Origin: a candidate division WOR-3 bacterium
GTDB taxonomy: Bacteria > Hydrothermota > Tepidihabitantia > Tepidihabitantales > Tepidihabitantaceae
Assembly: GCA_965648935.1 (NCBI GenBank)
Contig: CBFGIY010000005.1
Location: 1 to 56,739, forward strand
Direction of reading: 5' to 3'
Length of the DNA: 56,739 bases
Each line of letters starts with the position of its first letter. Position 1 is the stretch's first letter. Shown piece after piece: positions 18,513-30,602 of this stretch. The position numbers and the translations under genes are program-made. The notes under the pieces were generated by a model. It was given only the letters and a program-made list of their open reading frames with translations, made no database searches and was not told where the DNA came from.

Positions 18513-19078
18513 TCGCCCGCCTCGAACCGGTGCTGCGAAGTGCCGCGCACCTCGCTCTTCATCTCGATGCGCTCGAGCCCTGCGTCCGACTCAAGGCCGA
18601 CGCCGCTGACCTCGCCCCTAGGCGTGGCGATCCTCACCGGCGCGTCGGTGTGAACCTTGCGGCTGCCGTTGCTCCAGACCAGCGAGTCGGTTTCGAGCAC
18701 GGTGCTGTCGGCCGTGCGCACGACCACGCCGCCGCGCGCCACCAGGTCCTCGGTAAGACGGTGAATCGTGCCCGACTGCGCGGTCAACACCGAGAACACG
18801 CCGCCGCCGTAGTCGTAGAAAGTGACGCGCACGCCGGTCACCTGCACCACCTGCGAGTCCTCGTGGACCTCGGCGCGACCGGCATCGAGCGTGAACAGCC
18901 GCTCGCCGCTGGCCGTCTCGTTCAGGGTGAAGTCCTCGATGACCTGGTCAGGCAGCCGCTCTGCGGCTAACTCAGTGCCGCCCTCCGAACAGCCGAAGAA
19001 CGCAAGCGCCAGCAGCGCCAGGACTGCGACCCGCTGTCCGCGAATCGCGGTCGCCAGTCCCCCGATGTCACCCGGCAT
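18509..19078 (-). CDS. lptC: LPS export periplasmic protein LptC
   Basis: Motifs LVARGGVVVRT, LETDSLVW and VHTDAPVRI...GVGLESD; lipoprotein-like FFGC. Start uncertain. Confidence 0.8.
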   Translation of the reverse strand: MPGDIGGLATAIRGQRVAVLALLALAFFGCSEGGTELAAERLPDQVIEDFTLNETASGERLFTLDAGRAEVHEDSQVVQVTGVRVTFYDYGGGVFSVLTAQSGTIHRLTEDLVARGGVVVRTADSTVLETDSLVWSNGSRKVHTDAPVRIATPRGEVSGVGLESDAGLERIEMKSEVRGTSQHRFEAGE

Positions 19079-19613
19079 TGCGCAGTCCGCATCCTGCAGT
19101 CTGGCCCGAGCCTTCCTGCAGCGCGCCGCCCTTGCCCCAGAACACCCATTCCTCGGGCCGCTCGCGCACGCGCTCGACCAGGGCCGCGGCCGCAACCGAC
19201 TCATCACCCGCCGGGCATACGTCAACCCGCAGCCGGCCGCGTTCGAGCCGCGCGAACGCCGTCTGCAGGGTTCCTTGTCCGAGCCGGAAAGCCAGCGCCG
19301 GCATTCGCAGCCGCACGCCGCATGCCGCGGCCCAGACCGCGCCGCCCCGGCTGGTATTGTCAAGCATCAGCCCGGTGACGCCCGGTTGCGACTGCCGGGC
19401 GCGTGCCGCCCTCAAACCCGGCTTCACGCTCACCCCTGTCCCGCCGCGCAGGCGCTCGACCAGCCGCGCGAAAACCCTCCCGCGCTGACTGCCCACCACG
19501 AGCTGGACCGGACTACCCTGCCGGGCAAACCAGCCGGGCAGAAGCTCCCACAGCCCGTAGTGAAAAGAGGCCATCGTCGTATGCAACTTTCGTTCCAGCG
19601 ATTCAGGTGTCTG

Positions 19614-19642
19614 ATTGTGACTGTAAACCCTTGCCGTGTCAA
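19614..19642 (-). promoter_or_regulatory. Possible internal promoter for lptC-lptA-lptB-rpoN
   Basis: TTGACA-N17-CACAAT in an AT-richer patch within the acyltransferase gene. Confidence 0.45.
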
Positions 19643-19839
19643 TCATTGTATCGATCGGGCGGGTCCCGAGCCGGGCCATCAGGGCAAGGTTGCGGCCCAG
19701 GATCCAGGCATTGCGCAACCAGAACCAGCCGGGCCTGCGCCCGGTCAGGAGCCGGTAGTTGCGGCCGGCTTCGGCCCGGTAGTCAGCTCGAAGGAACAGG
19801 TAGGCGGCAACGGCCAGCCGGCACAGGCCGACCCCTGCC

Positions 19840-21468
<1,629 letters not shown>

Positions 21469-21609
21469 CAACACCCCCCGGCAATCGCCGGCCGCACGGC
21501 GCCGGCGCGATACCTGCCTTCGACCGCTGTCATTCGCGAATCCCCCGGACGCGGGACGCCGGACCGCCGGTTGCACCCGGGGTCCGGCGCTGCCTGGCTG
21601 GCCGTCTGG

Positions 21610-21726
21610 CTAGCCCTGGCGCTGCTTGTGCTTTGGGTCACGCTTGCAGATGACCCGGACAACGCCCTTGCGCTTGACGACCACGCAGTGAGCGCAGCGC
21701 TTCTTGATTGAGGCGCGAACTTTCAT
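21610..21726 (-). CDS. rpmJ: 50S ribosomal protein L36 (Zn-binding type)
   Basis: Below the ORF-track length cutoff; read by hand as [38 protein letters not shown]. Confidence 0.96.
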   Translation of the reverse strand: MKVRASIKKRCAHCVVVKRKGVVRVICKRDPKHKQRQG

Positions 21727-21738
21727 CGCTCTGCTCCC

Positions 21739-21957
21739 TTACTTGAAACGGTAGATTATCCGGCCCCGCTCCAGGTCGTACGGCGAAAACTCCACCGTCA
21801 CCCGGTCGCCGGGCAGGATTCTTATCCAGTTCAGCCGCATCCGGCCCGAGATGTGGGCGAGCACCTTGTGCCCGTTGTCCAACTCGACCCGGAAAGTCGC
21901 ATTGGGCAGCGACTCGACAATCGTGCCTTCGAGCTGAATCAGGTCCTTCTTAGACAT
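21739..21957 (-). CDS. infA: Translation initiation factor IF-1
   Basis: [25 protein letters not shown]...ILPGDRV. Confidence 0.97.
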   Translation of the reverse strand: MSKKDLIQLEGTIVESLPNATFRVELDNGHKVLAHISGRMRLNWIRILPGDRVTVEFSPYDLERGRIIYRFK

Positions 21958-22702
21958 CCTCTGTCAGTATCTCCGGTTCTTTCTCGGTCACCAGCACGGT
22001 ATTCTCAAAATGGGCCGACGGCCTGCCGTCCACGGCAACGACCGTCCAGCCGTTATCCAACGTCTTCACCTCGAACCCGCCGGCGTTCACCATCGGCTCG
22101 ATCGCCAGCGTCATCCCGGCGGCGAGGCCGAGGCCCTGGCCGGCCGGACCGAAATTCGGTATCGACGGCTCCTCGTGCAGCTCCAGGCCCACGCCGTGGC
22201 CGCACAGCTCGCGCACCACCGAATAGCCGCGGGCCTCGACCAGCTCCTGCACGGCGTGGCCGATGTCGCTCACCCGGTTGCCCGGCCGCGCCGCGCGGCA
22301 ACCGGCCCAGAACGCCGCCTCGGTCGCCTGCGCCAGCGCCCGCTTCTCCTCGTCCACCCTGCCCACCGCGAAAGTCCGGGCCATATCGGCGACGAAACCG
22401 TCCCTGGTCACGCCGACGTCAATCTTCACCAGGTCGCCCTCGCGCAGGCGCCGCTCTGACGGTATGCCGTGGACGACCTCCTCGTTCACGCTCACGCACG
22501 CCGCGGCCGGAAACCCGCGATAGCCGAGAAAGGTCGGCACCGCGCCCTCGGCCTCGATGGCCGCGCGGCACGCGCGCTCCAGCTCCTTCAACGACACGCC
22601 CGGCGCGCACGCCTGCCGCGCCGCCTCAATGGCGCGGGCCGCGATCCTTCCCGCCGCCCTGATGCCAGCTATCTCCCGCGCCGACTTCAGGTGCAGGGCC
22701 AA
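21950..22702 (-). CDS. map: Type I methionyl aminopeptidase
   Basis: Motifs [32 protein letters not shown] and SAHFENT. Confidence 0.96.
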   Translation of the reverse strand: MALHLKSAREIAGIRAAGRIAARAIEAARQACAPGVSLKELERACRAAIEAEGAVPTFLGYRGFPAAACVSVNEEVVHGIPSERRLREGDLVKIDVGVTRDGFVADMARTFAVGRVDEEKRALAQATEAAFWAGCRAARPGNRVSDIGHAVQELVEARGYSVVRELCGHGVGLELHEEPSIPNFGPAGQGLGLAAGMTLAIEPMVNAGGFEVKTLDNGWTVVAVDGRPSAHFENTVLVTEKEPEILTEDV

Positions 22703-22710
22703 GAGCCGGC

Positions 22711-23373
22711 CTAGCTCGCGCGGGCCGCGGTCACGAGCTTGACGATTTCCTCGTACACCCGATCCCGGCCCAGCGCGCCGTCAAGCCGCACGAGCTTGCC
22801 CTGTCCGCCGTAGAAACCCAGTACCGGCTCGGTCTGCCGGTGATACACGCTGAGCCGGTCGCGGATGACCTCTTCGGTATCGTCCTTGCGCTGGTACAGC
22901 TCGCCCCCGCACTCGTCGCACACGCGCTCGACGCGCGGCGGGCTGAAACTCAGGTTGTATATCTTCGAGCACTTCCGGCACTGGCGCCGCGAAGTCAGCC
23001 GCTTCACGACCTCCTCGTCGGCCAGGTCCACCAGCACCACGAGATCGATGCCGATGCCGTTGTCGGCCAGCACCGCGTCCAGACCCTCGGCCTGCGGCAC
23101 GGTGCGCGGGAAACCATCGTAGAGAATCGACTTGCCGGCATGCTCGGCCAGGAAAGCGTTCACGACCTCCAGCACCACCTCGTCCGGCACGAGCTTGCCG
23201 GCGACGACATACTCCTCGACCTCAAGCCCCACCGGGGTCTTGCGCGCGATGTGGTCGCGAAACACCTCGCCGGTCGAATAGTGCACGAAATCCTGCCTGC
23301 TGCGCAGCAGCTCGGCCTGCGTGCCCTTGCCCGAACCGGGCGGGCCGACGAGAACGACATTAAGCGCTTTCAT
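22711..23373 (-). CDS. adk: Adenylate kinase (Zn-lid type)
   Basis: Motifs GPPGSGKGTQA, DGFPRT, the CRKC...CDEC lid and QRKDD. Confidence 0.96.
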   Translation of the reverse strand: MKALNVVLVGPPGSGKGTQAELLRSRQDFVHYSTGEVFRDHIARKTPVGLEVEEYVVAGKLVPDEVVLEVVNAFLAEHAGKSILYDGFPRTVPQAEGLDAVLADNGIGIDLVVLVDLADEEVVKRLTSRRQCRKCSKIYNLSFSPPRVERVCDECGGELYQRKDDTEEVIRDRLSVYHRQTEPVLGFYGGQGKLVRLDGALGRDRVYEEIVKLVTAARAS

Positions 23374-23395
23374 CTCAATTCCTTCAGGTTGCGGT

Positions 23396-23423
23396 AGTCT
23401 ATCAGCCTATCAAGTAGTGTCAA
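23396..23423 (-). promoter_or_regulatory. Sigma70-type promoter for the adk operon
   Basis: TTGACA-N16-TAGACT. Confidence 0.7.
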
Positions 23424-23737
23424 GCTAACGGCGCAGAGACGGCCCGGCGGCCTGGCAGGACTCACAGACTCGGCCCGGTTTATCGGGATATGCCGAACCC
23501 CTGATTATCCTGCCGGGCTAAATCGACCGATACCAACAGAAGCAGGCTAACACCCGGTGCCGCCGCGGGTTGCGCACTCGGCGGCACAAACACCTCTCTC
23601 GTCCCCCCTGCGGTCATTGCGCCGGCCTGCCGAAGCCGGTCGTGCGCCGTCTTCGCGGCCGCGCTCGACCCGCTATCGACCGCGCCCGGATGCCTCGCGC
23701 CGAAGATACTGCCCGAACCGTGTCGGCCTTCGGCGGT

Positions 23738-23765
23738 TTGACAGGCCCGGCCGCGCCGCTACACT
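23738..23765 (+). promoter_or_regulatory. Sigma70-type promoter for lemA-htpX
   Basis: TTGACA-N16-TACACT followed by SD TAAGGAG. Confidence 0.7.
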
Positions 23766-23785
23766 GGAACCCTAAGGAGAACTGA

Positions 23786-24337
23786 ATGATAGCATTGATT
23801 ATCGTCCTCGCGATCGTCGGCCTGCTCGCCATCGTCGCCATCAGCATCTACAACTCGCTGGTGATCAAGCGCAACCGGGTGAAGAACGGCTGGCACCAGA
23901 TTGACGTCCAGCTCAAACGCCGCATCGACCTCATCCCCAACCTGGTCGAGACGGTCAAGGGCTATGCCGCGCACGAGAAGGCGATCTTCGAGCGCATCGC
24001 CGAGGCGCGCTCGCTCGCCATCAACGCCAAGGGTCCGGCCGAGGCGGCCAAGGCGAACAACGCGCTCACCGACACGCTCAAAACCCTGTTCGCCGTGGTC
24101 GAGAACTACCCCAACCTCAAGGCGAACGAGAACTTCCTGAAGCTGCAGGAGGAGCTGACCGGCACCGAGAACAAGATTGCCTTCGCCCGCCAGTTCTACA
24201 ACGACGTGGTGATGGACTACAACAACTCGCGCGAGGTGTTCCCGGCCAACATCTTCGCCGGGCTGTTCCGGTTCGAGTCGGCCGAGTTCTACTCCGTGCC
24301 CGAGGCCGAGCGCGAGGCGCCCAAGGTCAAGTTCTAG
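23786..24337 (+). CDS. lemA: LemA family protein
   Basis: Motifs [31 protein letters not shown] and [12 protein letters not shown]. Confidence 0.96.
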   Translation: MIALIIVLAIVGLLAIVAISIYNSLVIKRNRVKNGWHQIDVQLKRRIDLIPNLVETVKGYAAHEKAIFERIAEARSLAINAKGPAEAAKANNALTDTLKTLFAVVENYPNLKANENFLKLQEELTGTENKIAFARQFYNDVVMDYNNSREVFPANIFAGLFRFESAEFYSVPEAEREAPKVKF

Positions 24338-24339
24338 CC

Positions 24340-25290
24340 TTGTCCGAGCGCCGTCACCTCTACCAGCTCATCGCGGCCAACCGGTTGCGTACGGCGCTGT
24401 TCATAGTGCTCATCTCGCTGCTGCTGGGCGCGGTCGGCTGGGCCCTGGGCTGGTACTTCGGCTGGGGGATCGAAGCTTACGCCTTGTTCGGCCTGTTCAT
24501 CATCGGCTACAACCTGATCCTCTACTATAACTCGGACCGGCTGGCTCTCGCCGTGAATCGGGCGCACCCGGCCGAACCGGAGTCCTATCGCCAGCTCCAC
24601 AACATCGTCGAAGAAGTCGCCATCGCCGCCGGCATCCCCAAACCCCGGGTGTACGTGATTGAAGACCCCGCGCCCAACGCCTTCGCGACCGGGCGCAGTC
24701 CGAAACACGCCGCCGTTGCGGTCACGCGCGGCCTCCTGGAGATGATGAACCGGGACGAGCTGCAGGGCGTCATCGCCCACGAGGTCGCCCATATCCGCAA
24801 CTCCGACATCCTGCTGATGACCGTGGTCGCCATCGTCGGCGGGCTGATCGTCCTGTTCCGCGACATCTTCCTGCGCTGGGGATTCTTCTTCGGCGGCGGT
24901 CGGCGCGACCGCCGCTCATCCGGCCGCGGCGGCGGCCAGGTCGGTCTGGTCATCGCGCTCGTCGGCCTGGCCCTGGCCATCCTCGCGCCGCTGTTCGTCG
25001 CGCTCATCCGCGCCGCGGTCTCGCGCCAGCGCGAGTATCTCGCCGACGCCTCGGGCGCGCTCATCGTGCGCAATCCGCACGGTCTCGCCTCGGCGCTCGC
25101 CAAGCTCGGCGCCTACCCGGAAAGGCTCGCCGCCGCTTCAAGCGCGACCGCGCACATGTGGATCGCCAGCCCGTTCGGACGCAAGTCATCGGTCGCCAGC
25201 CCCTTCGCGACCCACCCGCCCATCGAGGAGCGCATCGCCCGTCTCGAAGGACTCGTCATCCCGCCCGACGGCGGCGACGAGCGCGCCTGA
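24340..25290 (+). CDS. htpX: M48-family zinc metalloprotease HtpX
   Basis: Motifs PNAFATG, AHEVAH, SRQREYLAD and THPPIEERI. Confidence 0.94.
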   Translation: MSERRHLYQLIAANRLRTALFIVLISLLLGAVGWALGWYFGWGIEAYALFGLFIIGYNLILYYNSDRLALAVNRAHPAEPESYRQLHNIVEEVAIAAGIPKPRVYVIEDPAPNAFATGRSPKHAAVAVTRGLLEMMNRDELQGVIAHEVAHIRNSDILLMTVVAIVGGLIVLFRDIFLRWGFFFGGGRRDRRSSGRGGGQVGLVIALVGLALAILAPLFVALIRAAVSRQREYLADASGALIVRNPHGLASALAKLGAYPERLAAASSATAHMWIASPFGRKSSVASPFATHPPIEERIARLEGLVIPPDGGDERA

Positions 25291-25307
25291 TTCTTTCTCA
25301 GCGAAAG

Positions 25308-28300
25308 TCAGGGCCGAGGTTTGCCCGCCGGCCGGTTGCGCGGCCCGCGGCGCTCGTTGCCGTTGCACGCGGGGAGCTCGCCTCTGACCCGCACCGCCTC
25401 GGTCCCGACGAGCTTCTGCAGGTCCGCGATGAGCGAGTTGTCGATGGCGACGCGGTATTCGCGCAGCAGCCAGTCGCGGGTCAGGCCGCCGGCCTGGCGC
25501 AGCCGCAGCCAGGTCACCGCCTCGCCCGGGCTGGCCGCGAGCCGTTCTTTGACCTTTAGCAGCGTCAGCTCATCGGCCGCGGCCTCGTCGCACTCGATGA
25601 CGAGTTGCTTGAGCCAGCGGTTGCACTCGGCCAGCGCGGTCACCCGGCTGGCCCATACCTGGGGCACGCCCGAGCCGGCCCCGCCGTCCCCGGCCCGCAC
25701 CTTGACCACGCCCTGCACCACGACGAGATTGTCCAGCTTCAGCGCAGCCCGGCTTGCCTCGAGCTGGTCGGAGAACACCATCACCTCAACCGCGCCCTCG
25801 AAATCCTCGAGCGTGACTATCACGTACTCGCGGTCGCGCTTGTCCTTGCGCATCCGGCGCTGGGTAATCACCCCGCCCAGCGCGACAGGGGTGCCGTCGC
25901 GCAGATTCTCGATCGCGCCTATCGGCTGCAGCCCGAGCGCGTCGTACTCGGCCCGGAACGGCTCAAGCGGGTGCGATGAGAAATAGAAACCGAATGCGTC
26001 CTTCTCGTAGGCCAGCAGCATGTGGGTGTCGAAAACCGGCCGCTGCGGTTCCGCATCGGGTTCGGCCCCGCCGAACAGGTCGGCCTGCCGTTCGAGGTAC
26101 TGCAGCCGCTCCGACCCGGCCCGCGCCAAGTCGGCTTCGAGCCCATCGAGCAGCGCCGAGCGGTTGGGGTCGACCCAGTCGAACGCTCCAGCCTTGATCA
26201 TCGACTCGACCGCCTTGCGGTTCACCGCGCCCCTCATCCGGACAAGGAAATCGAGCAGGTTCGCGAACTCGCCCCGCTCCGAACGCTCCTTGACTATCGC
26301 CTCGCTCGCGCCGACACCGAGATTGCGTACGCCGGCCAGCGCGAAGCGGATTGCGCCGGCCTCGATGCTGAACCGAACCTCGCTCCGGTTAGCGTCGGGC
26401 GGCAGCAGGCGCAGCCCCATCCTGCGGCCCTCGTGCACGAACTTGGCCAGCTTCTTGGAGTCGCCCAGTTCGCTGGTCAGGGTTGCGGCGAGGAACTCGA
26501 CCGGGTGGTTGGCCTTCAGGAATCCGGTGATGTAGGAAAGGTAGGCATAGCCCGCGGCGTGCGACTTGTTGAACCCGTAGCCGGCAAACTTCGCCAGCAG
26601 TTCGAAAATGCGCTCGGCCTGCTTCGCCGGGATCTTGTTGTGCTTGGCGCAGCCCTGCACGAAAGTCTCGTGCTGGGCCGCCATCTCCTCCGGCTTCTTC
26701 TTGCCCATCGCCCGGCGCAACAGGTCGGCCTTGCCCAGCGAATACCCGGCCAGGGCCTGCGCCGCCTGCATCACCTGCTCCTGGTAGATCATGATGCCGT
26801 AGGTCTCTCGGCAGATCGGCTCGAGCAGCGGGTGCTCGTACTCGATCTTCTCGGTGCCGGCCTTGCGCGCGAGGTATGTCGGAATCAGGTCCATCGGCCC
26901 GGGCCGGTACATCGAGATGATGGCGATGATGTGCTCGAGCCGGTCCGGCGCCATCTTGCGCGCCAAGTCGCGCATCCCGGCGCTCTCGAGCTGAAACACG
27001 CCCACGGTCTCGCCCCGCTGCAGGAGCCGGTAGGTCGGCCCGTCGTCGAGCGGGATGGAGTTGGGGTCGAAGTTGCCGCCCGCCTGCCGGATTAGCCGGG
27101 TCGCCTCCTCGACCACGGTCAGCGTGCGCAGCCCGAGCACGTCCATCTTCAGCAGGCCGACGTCGTCCAGCGAGTACATGTCGAACTGCGTGCACACGTC
27201 CTCGTCCGAGGACTTGTACAGCGGCACGAGGTCCAGCAGCGGCCGGGGGGCGATGACCACGGCCGAGGCGTGCAGCGAGGCGTGGCGGTTCAGACCCTCC
27301 AGCTTGCGCGCGATGGCGATCATCTCCTCGTACTCCGGCTTCTCCTTGACAGCCGCGCGCAGCTCACTGACCCCGGCCAGCGCCTTGTCCAGCTCCATCG
27401 TCGCCGGGATGAGCTTGGCGATGCGGTCGACCTCGCCGATCGGGATGTCCAGCACGCGGCCGACGTCGCGCACCGCGGCCCGGGCCTGCATCGTTCCGAA
27501 TGTGATTATCTGCGCCACCGAGTCGGCGCCGTAGCGCTGGCGGATGTACTCGATTATCTCGGGCCGGCGGTCGTCCGCGAAGTCGACATCGACATCGGGC
27601 AGGGTAACGCGCTCGGTCGTCAGGAACCGTTCAAAGAGCAGCCCGTAGCGCAGAGGATCGATGTCGGTGATGCTCAGGCAGTAGAGCACGAGGCTGCCCG
27701 CTGCCGAGCCGCGGCCCGGCCCGACCGGTATGCCCCGCGTGCGCGCGAAATCGATGATGTCCTTGACGACGAGAAAGTAGCCGGCGAACCCCGTCTGCCG
27801 GATGACATCAAGCTCGCGCGCCAGCCGCTCCTCCAGCGCCGGGGTCGTGCGGCCGTAGCGCCGGCGCAGGCCCTCGCGGGCCAGGTGCGCGAGGTACTCG
27901 TCGGGCCCGGCAAAACCCGGCGGCGGCTCGAAACGGGGCAGGTGAAACTGAACGTGGCTGAAATCGAACAGGAGATTGCACCGGTCCGCCACCTCGCGGG
28001 TCCGCTTGACCGCGTCGGGCATATCGGCGAACGCCTCGGCCATCTCGGCCGGTGTCCGGAAGTGCAGCCGCGCCTGGGTCATCCGCAGCCGGTTGGTGTC
28101 GGTCATCCGTTTGCCGGTCTGGATGCAGACCAGCGCGTCGTGCGCCTTGACGTCCTCGGGCCGCAGGTAGTGGCAGTCGTTGGTCGCGACCAGGGGAATG
28201 TCGAGCGTGCCGCCGATTTCCTTCAGGCCCGGGATGATCCGCTCCTGTTCCTCGAGCCCGGCACGCATCACCTCGAGGTAGAAGTTCTCGGCGCCGAAAA

Positions 28301-28817
28301 TACCCTGGTAGGCTGCGGCGGCCTCCAGTGCCCGTTCCGAGTCGCCCCGCCGCAGGTAGAAGCCGACCTCACCCTTCAGGCACCCCGAGAGCGCAACGAG
28401 CCCGGCCGAGTGGCGCTCGAGCAGCTCCTTGTCCACGCGCGGCTTGTAGTAGAACCCCTCGAGGAAACCCAGCGACACCAGCTTGATGAGGTTGTGCCAG
28501 CCGGTGTCGTCGCGGCAGAGCAAGGTCAGGTGGAAGCTCGACTCGAGGATGTCCTGGTGGACCTTGCGCTCGCGCCGGTCGCCGGGCGCGACGTAGACCT
28601 CGGCCCCGATAATCGGCTTGACCCCGACCTTCTGCGCCGCCTTGTAGAACCTTATCGCCCCGAACAGGTTGCCGTGGTCGGTTATCGCCAGGCTCGGCAT
28701 CCCGTACTCGGCTGCCAGCTTGACCATATCGTCGATCGGCGAGGCGCCATCGAGCAGGCTGTACTCCGAATGGTTGTGCAGGTGCACGAAGTCGGCGACC
28801 GGGGTTTTGCGGGGCAC
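25308..28817 (-). CDS. dnaE: DNA polymerase III subunit alpha
   Basis: PHP motif HLHNHSEYSLLDG, plus GPGRGSAAGS, PDVDVDF and YGFNKSH. Confidence 0.97.
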   Translation of the reverse strand: MPRKTPVADFVHLHNHSEYSLLDGASPIDDMVKLAAEYGMPSLAITDHGNLFGAIRFYKAAQKVGVKPIIGAEVYVAPGDRRERKVHQDILESSFHLTLLCRDDTGWHNLIKLVSLGFLEGFYYKPRVDKELLERHSAGLVALSGCLKGEVGFYLRRGDSERALEAAAAYQGIFGAENFYLEVMRAGLEEQERIIPGLKEIGGTLDIPLVATNDCHYLRPEDVKAHDALVCIQTGKRMTDTNRLRMTQARLHFRTPAEMAEAFADMPDAVKRTREVADRCNLLFDFSHVQFHLPRFEPPPGFAGPDEYLAHLAREGLRRRYGRTTPALEERLARELDVIRQTGFAGYFLVVKDIIDFARTRGIPVGPGRGSAAGSLVLYCLSITDIDPLRYGLLFERFLTTERVTLPDVDVDFADDRRPEIIEYIRQRYGADSVAQIITFGTMQARAAVRDVGRVLDIPIGEVDRIAKLIPATMELDKALAGVSELRAAVKEKPEYEEMIAIARKLEGLNRHASLHASAVVIAPRPLLDLVPLYKSSDEDVCTQFDMYSLDDVGLLKMDVLGLRTLTVVEEATRLIRQAGGNFDPNSIPLDDGPTYRLLQRGETVGVFQLESAGMRDLARKMAPDRLEHIIAIISMYRPGPMDLIPTYLARKAGTEKIEYEHPLLEPICRETYGIMIYQEQVMQAAQALAGYSLGKADLLRRAMGKKKPEEMAAQHETFVQGCAKHNKIPAKQAERIFELLAKFAGYGFNKSHAAGYAYLSYITGFLKANHPVEFLAATLTSELGDSKKLAKFVHEGRRMGLRLLPPDANRSEVRFSIEAGAIRFALAGVRNLGVGASEAIVKERSERGEFANLLDFLVRMRGAVNRKAVESMIKAGAFDWVDPNRSALLDGLEADLARAGSERLQYLERQADLFGGAEPDAEPQRPVFDTHMLLAYEKDAFGFYFSSHPLEPFRAEYDALGLQPIGAIENLRDGTPVALGGVITQRRMRKDKRDREYVIVTLEDFEGAVEVMVFSDQLEASRAALKLDNLVVVQGVVKVRAGDGGAGSGVPQVWASRVTALAECNRWLKQLVIECDEAAADELTLLKVKERLAASPGEAVTWLRLRQAGGLTRDWLLREYRVAIDNSLIADLQKLVGTEAVRVRGELPACNGNERRGPRNRPAGKPRP

Positions 28818-28876
28818 AGACCTCTTTACAGCAGCGCCGCCGCGCTGTCAACAGCGGCGGCAGCCGAGAACGCAGA

Positions 28877-29473
28877 CTAGGGTTTCTGCTCGAACTCCAG
28901 GTGCAGCTTCAACCTCGGACCGGTGAACTCGGCCGGCAGCGGCGGCAGCTTCTCCGTGACCTTGACCGCGCGCTCGCAGGCAAGGTCGTAGGCCCGGTCC
29001 GATGAAGACTTCTCGATCACCACGTCGCGGATCGTGCCGTCACGCTCGACCGTGAACATGATGGTCGCGGTACGGGTGATTGACTGGCCCGCGTAGGGAT
29101 TCAGCCAGTTTGAGTTGATCATCTCGAGCATGCGCACGAGGTAGTATGAATAACCCAGCGCCTGGGCGCCCTCGATGTTGACGCCCAGTCCGAAACGCTT
29201 GACCTGGGTATCGGCCTGCTTCGGCTGTTCCTTCGGCTTGGTCTCGGCACTCTTCGGCGTCGGCTGGGGCTGAGGTCTGGGCTTGGGCTCGACCACCTCC
29301 GCCCTCTCGGTCTTGGGTTGAGGCTGCGGCTGGGGCGTCGCGCCGGCGGGCAGCTGGACCGCGATGACCGCGGGCCGGCGCGTGTCGCGCTCCACTACTC
29401 GGCTGGTCGCGAACGCGAGGGCGACGAGAAGCAGCGCGTGACCGACCGACGAAAGCAGCAGCTCGCGGGTCAA
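28877..29473 (-). CDS. TonB/TolA-family energy transducer (short)
   Basis: N-terminal TM with SSVGH (SxxxH), a Pro/Lys/Gln linker and a TonB_C-like domain. Confidence 0.82.
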   Translation of the reverse strand: MTRELLLSSVGHALLLVALAFATSRVVERDTRRPAVIAVQLPAGATPQPQPQPKTERAEVVEPKPRPQPQPTPKSAETKPKEQPKQADTQVKRFGLGVNIEGAQALGYSYYLVRMLEMINSNWLNPYAGQSITRTATIMFTVERDGTIRDVVIEKSSSDRAYDLACERAVKVTEKLPPLPAEFTGPRLKLHLEFEQKP

Positions 29474-29883
29474 CGCGGCAGCGCGACCAGCCCGATATTG
29501 GTGATGCCCTGCTCGCGCACCGCGCCAAGCACCGTCATCACCGTGCCGTAATCAACGCGCTTGTCCGAACGCAGGTATGCACGGTCGTAGTTGCCCTTGG
29601 CGAGCTCATCGCCCAGCACGCGGCTGAACGCTTCGAGCGTCGTCTGCTTGCGGCCGACGAAGACCTCGCCATTAGCCCGGATGCTGATATCGAGACCTTC
29701 TTTGGGCTGTGGTTCGACCGTGGTTGTGCGCGGCAGGTCGAGGTCGATGCCCTGGTTGCGCGAGAGTGCTGTGGATACTCCGGCGATGAGAAATATCACC
29801 ATCAGCGTGAAGCTGACATCGGCCAGCGACGAGATGTTCATCTCGGCCATCAGCTTCAGCCGGCGGCCGCCGTGCCGCGTCAC
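29470..29883 (-). CDS. tolR: ExbD/TolR biopolymer transport protein
   Basis: EMNISSLADVSFTLMVIF and RSDKRVDYGTV. The GTG start overlaps the upstream stop. Confidence 0.85.
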   Translation of the reverse strand: MTRHGGRRLKLMAEMNISSLADVSFTLMVIFLIAGVSTALSRNQGIDLDLPRTTTVEPQPKEGLDISIRANGEVFVGRKQTTLEAFSRVLGDELAKGNYDRAYLRSDKRVDYGTVMTVLGAVREQGITNIGLVALPR

Positions 29884-30602
29884 TGCCCGCTCCGGTCGGC
29901 CTGCGACTCGACCATCTCGCGCCGGATGATGCCGGTCAGCTCCGAAGCGAACCGTTCCATCTCCGACTGCAGGTCGGCGACGCGGCTCACGAAGTAGTTG
30001 TAGAACAGCGCGGCCGGGATGGCGACGAGCAGGCCCATAACCGTCGTGACCAGCGCGTCCGAGATGCCCGGCGCGATGGTCTGCAGCGTGGGCATCTGCG
30101 CCCCGCGCAGACTGAGGAATGTCCGCAGCACGCCCTGCACCGTACCCAGAAGCCCGAGGAACGGCGCGACCATCGTCGTGATGGCAAGAAACGGCATCGA
30201 AGTCTGGAGCTTGTCGCTTTCCAGCGAAGCGGCCCGTTCCATTGCCTCTGTGACATTGGGCATCAGCTGCTGCAACAGCTCGCCCGCGTTTCCCGCGCTG
30301 CGGAAGTCCTCGCGCAGCGCCAGCCACTCGCGCGTCCCTGCCAGAAGCAACGCCGACAGCGGCGACCGGCTCAACTCCTCGGCGAGACGGGCGTAGTCAC
30401 CCAGGCGCCGCCGATAACCGAACGCGGAAAGAAACCGGCGCGTCTGACCGCGCGCCCGTCGCAACTGACCGAGCTTGCGCAACGCGATTGCCCACGATAC
30501 GACCGACATCACCAGCAGGATGACGATTATCGCCTGGGCAAACAGGCCGGCGTTGACGAAAGGTCCGAACAGGCCGCCATTCGAAGCGTCGACCGGCGGC
30601 AA
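29880..30602 (-). CDS. tolQ: MotA/TolQ/ExbB proton channel protein
   Basis: APFLGLLGTV and IAPGISDALVTTVMGLLVAIPA. Confidence 0.88.
   Translation of the reverse strand: MPPVDASNGGLFGPFVNAGLFAQAIIVILLVMSVVSWAIALRKLGQLRRARGQTRRFLSAFGYRRRLGDYARLAEELSRSPLSALLLAGTREWLALREDFRSAGNAGELLQQLMPNVTEAMERAASLESDKLQTSMPFLAITTMVAPFLGLLGTVQGVLRTFLSLRGAQMPTLQTIAPGISDALVTTVMGLLVAIPAALFYNYFVSRVADLQSEMERFASELTGIIRREMVESQADRSGQ

Noticed and set aside
25308-28817. Intein in DnaE
   Set aside because: The length is normal and the GFNKSH region is uninterrupted.
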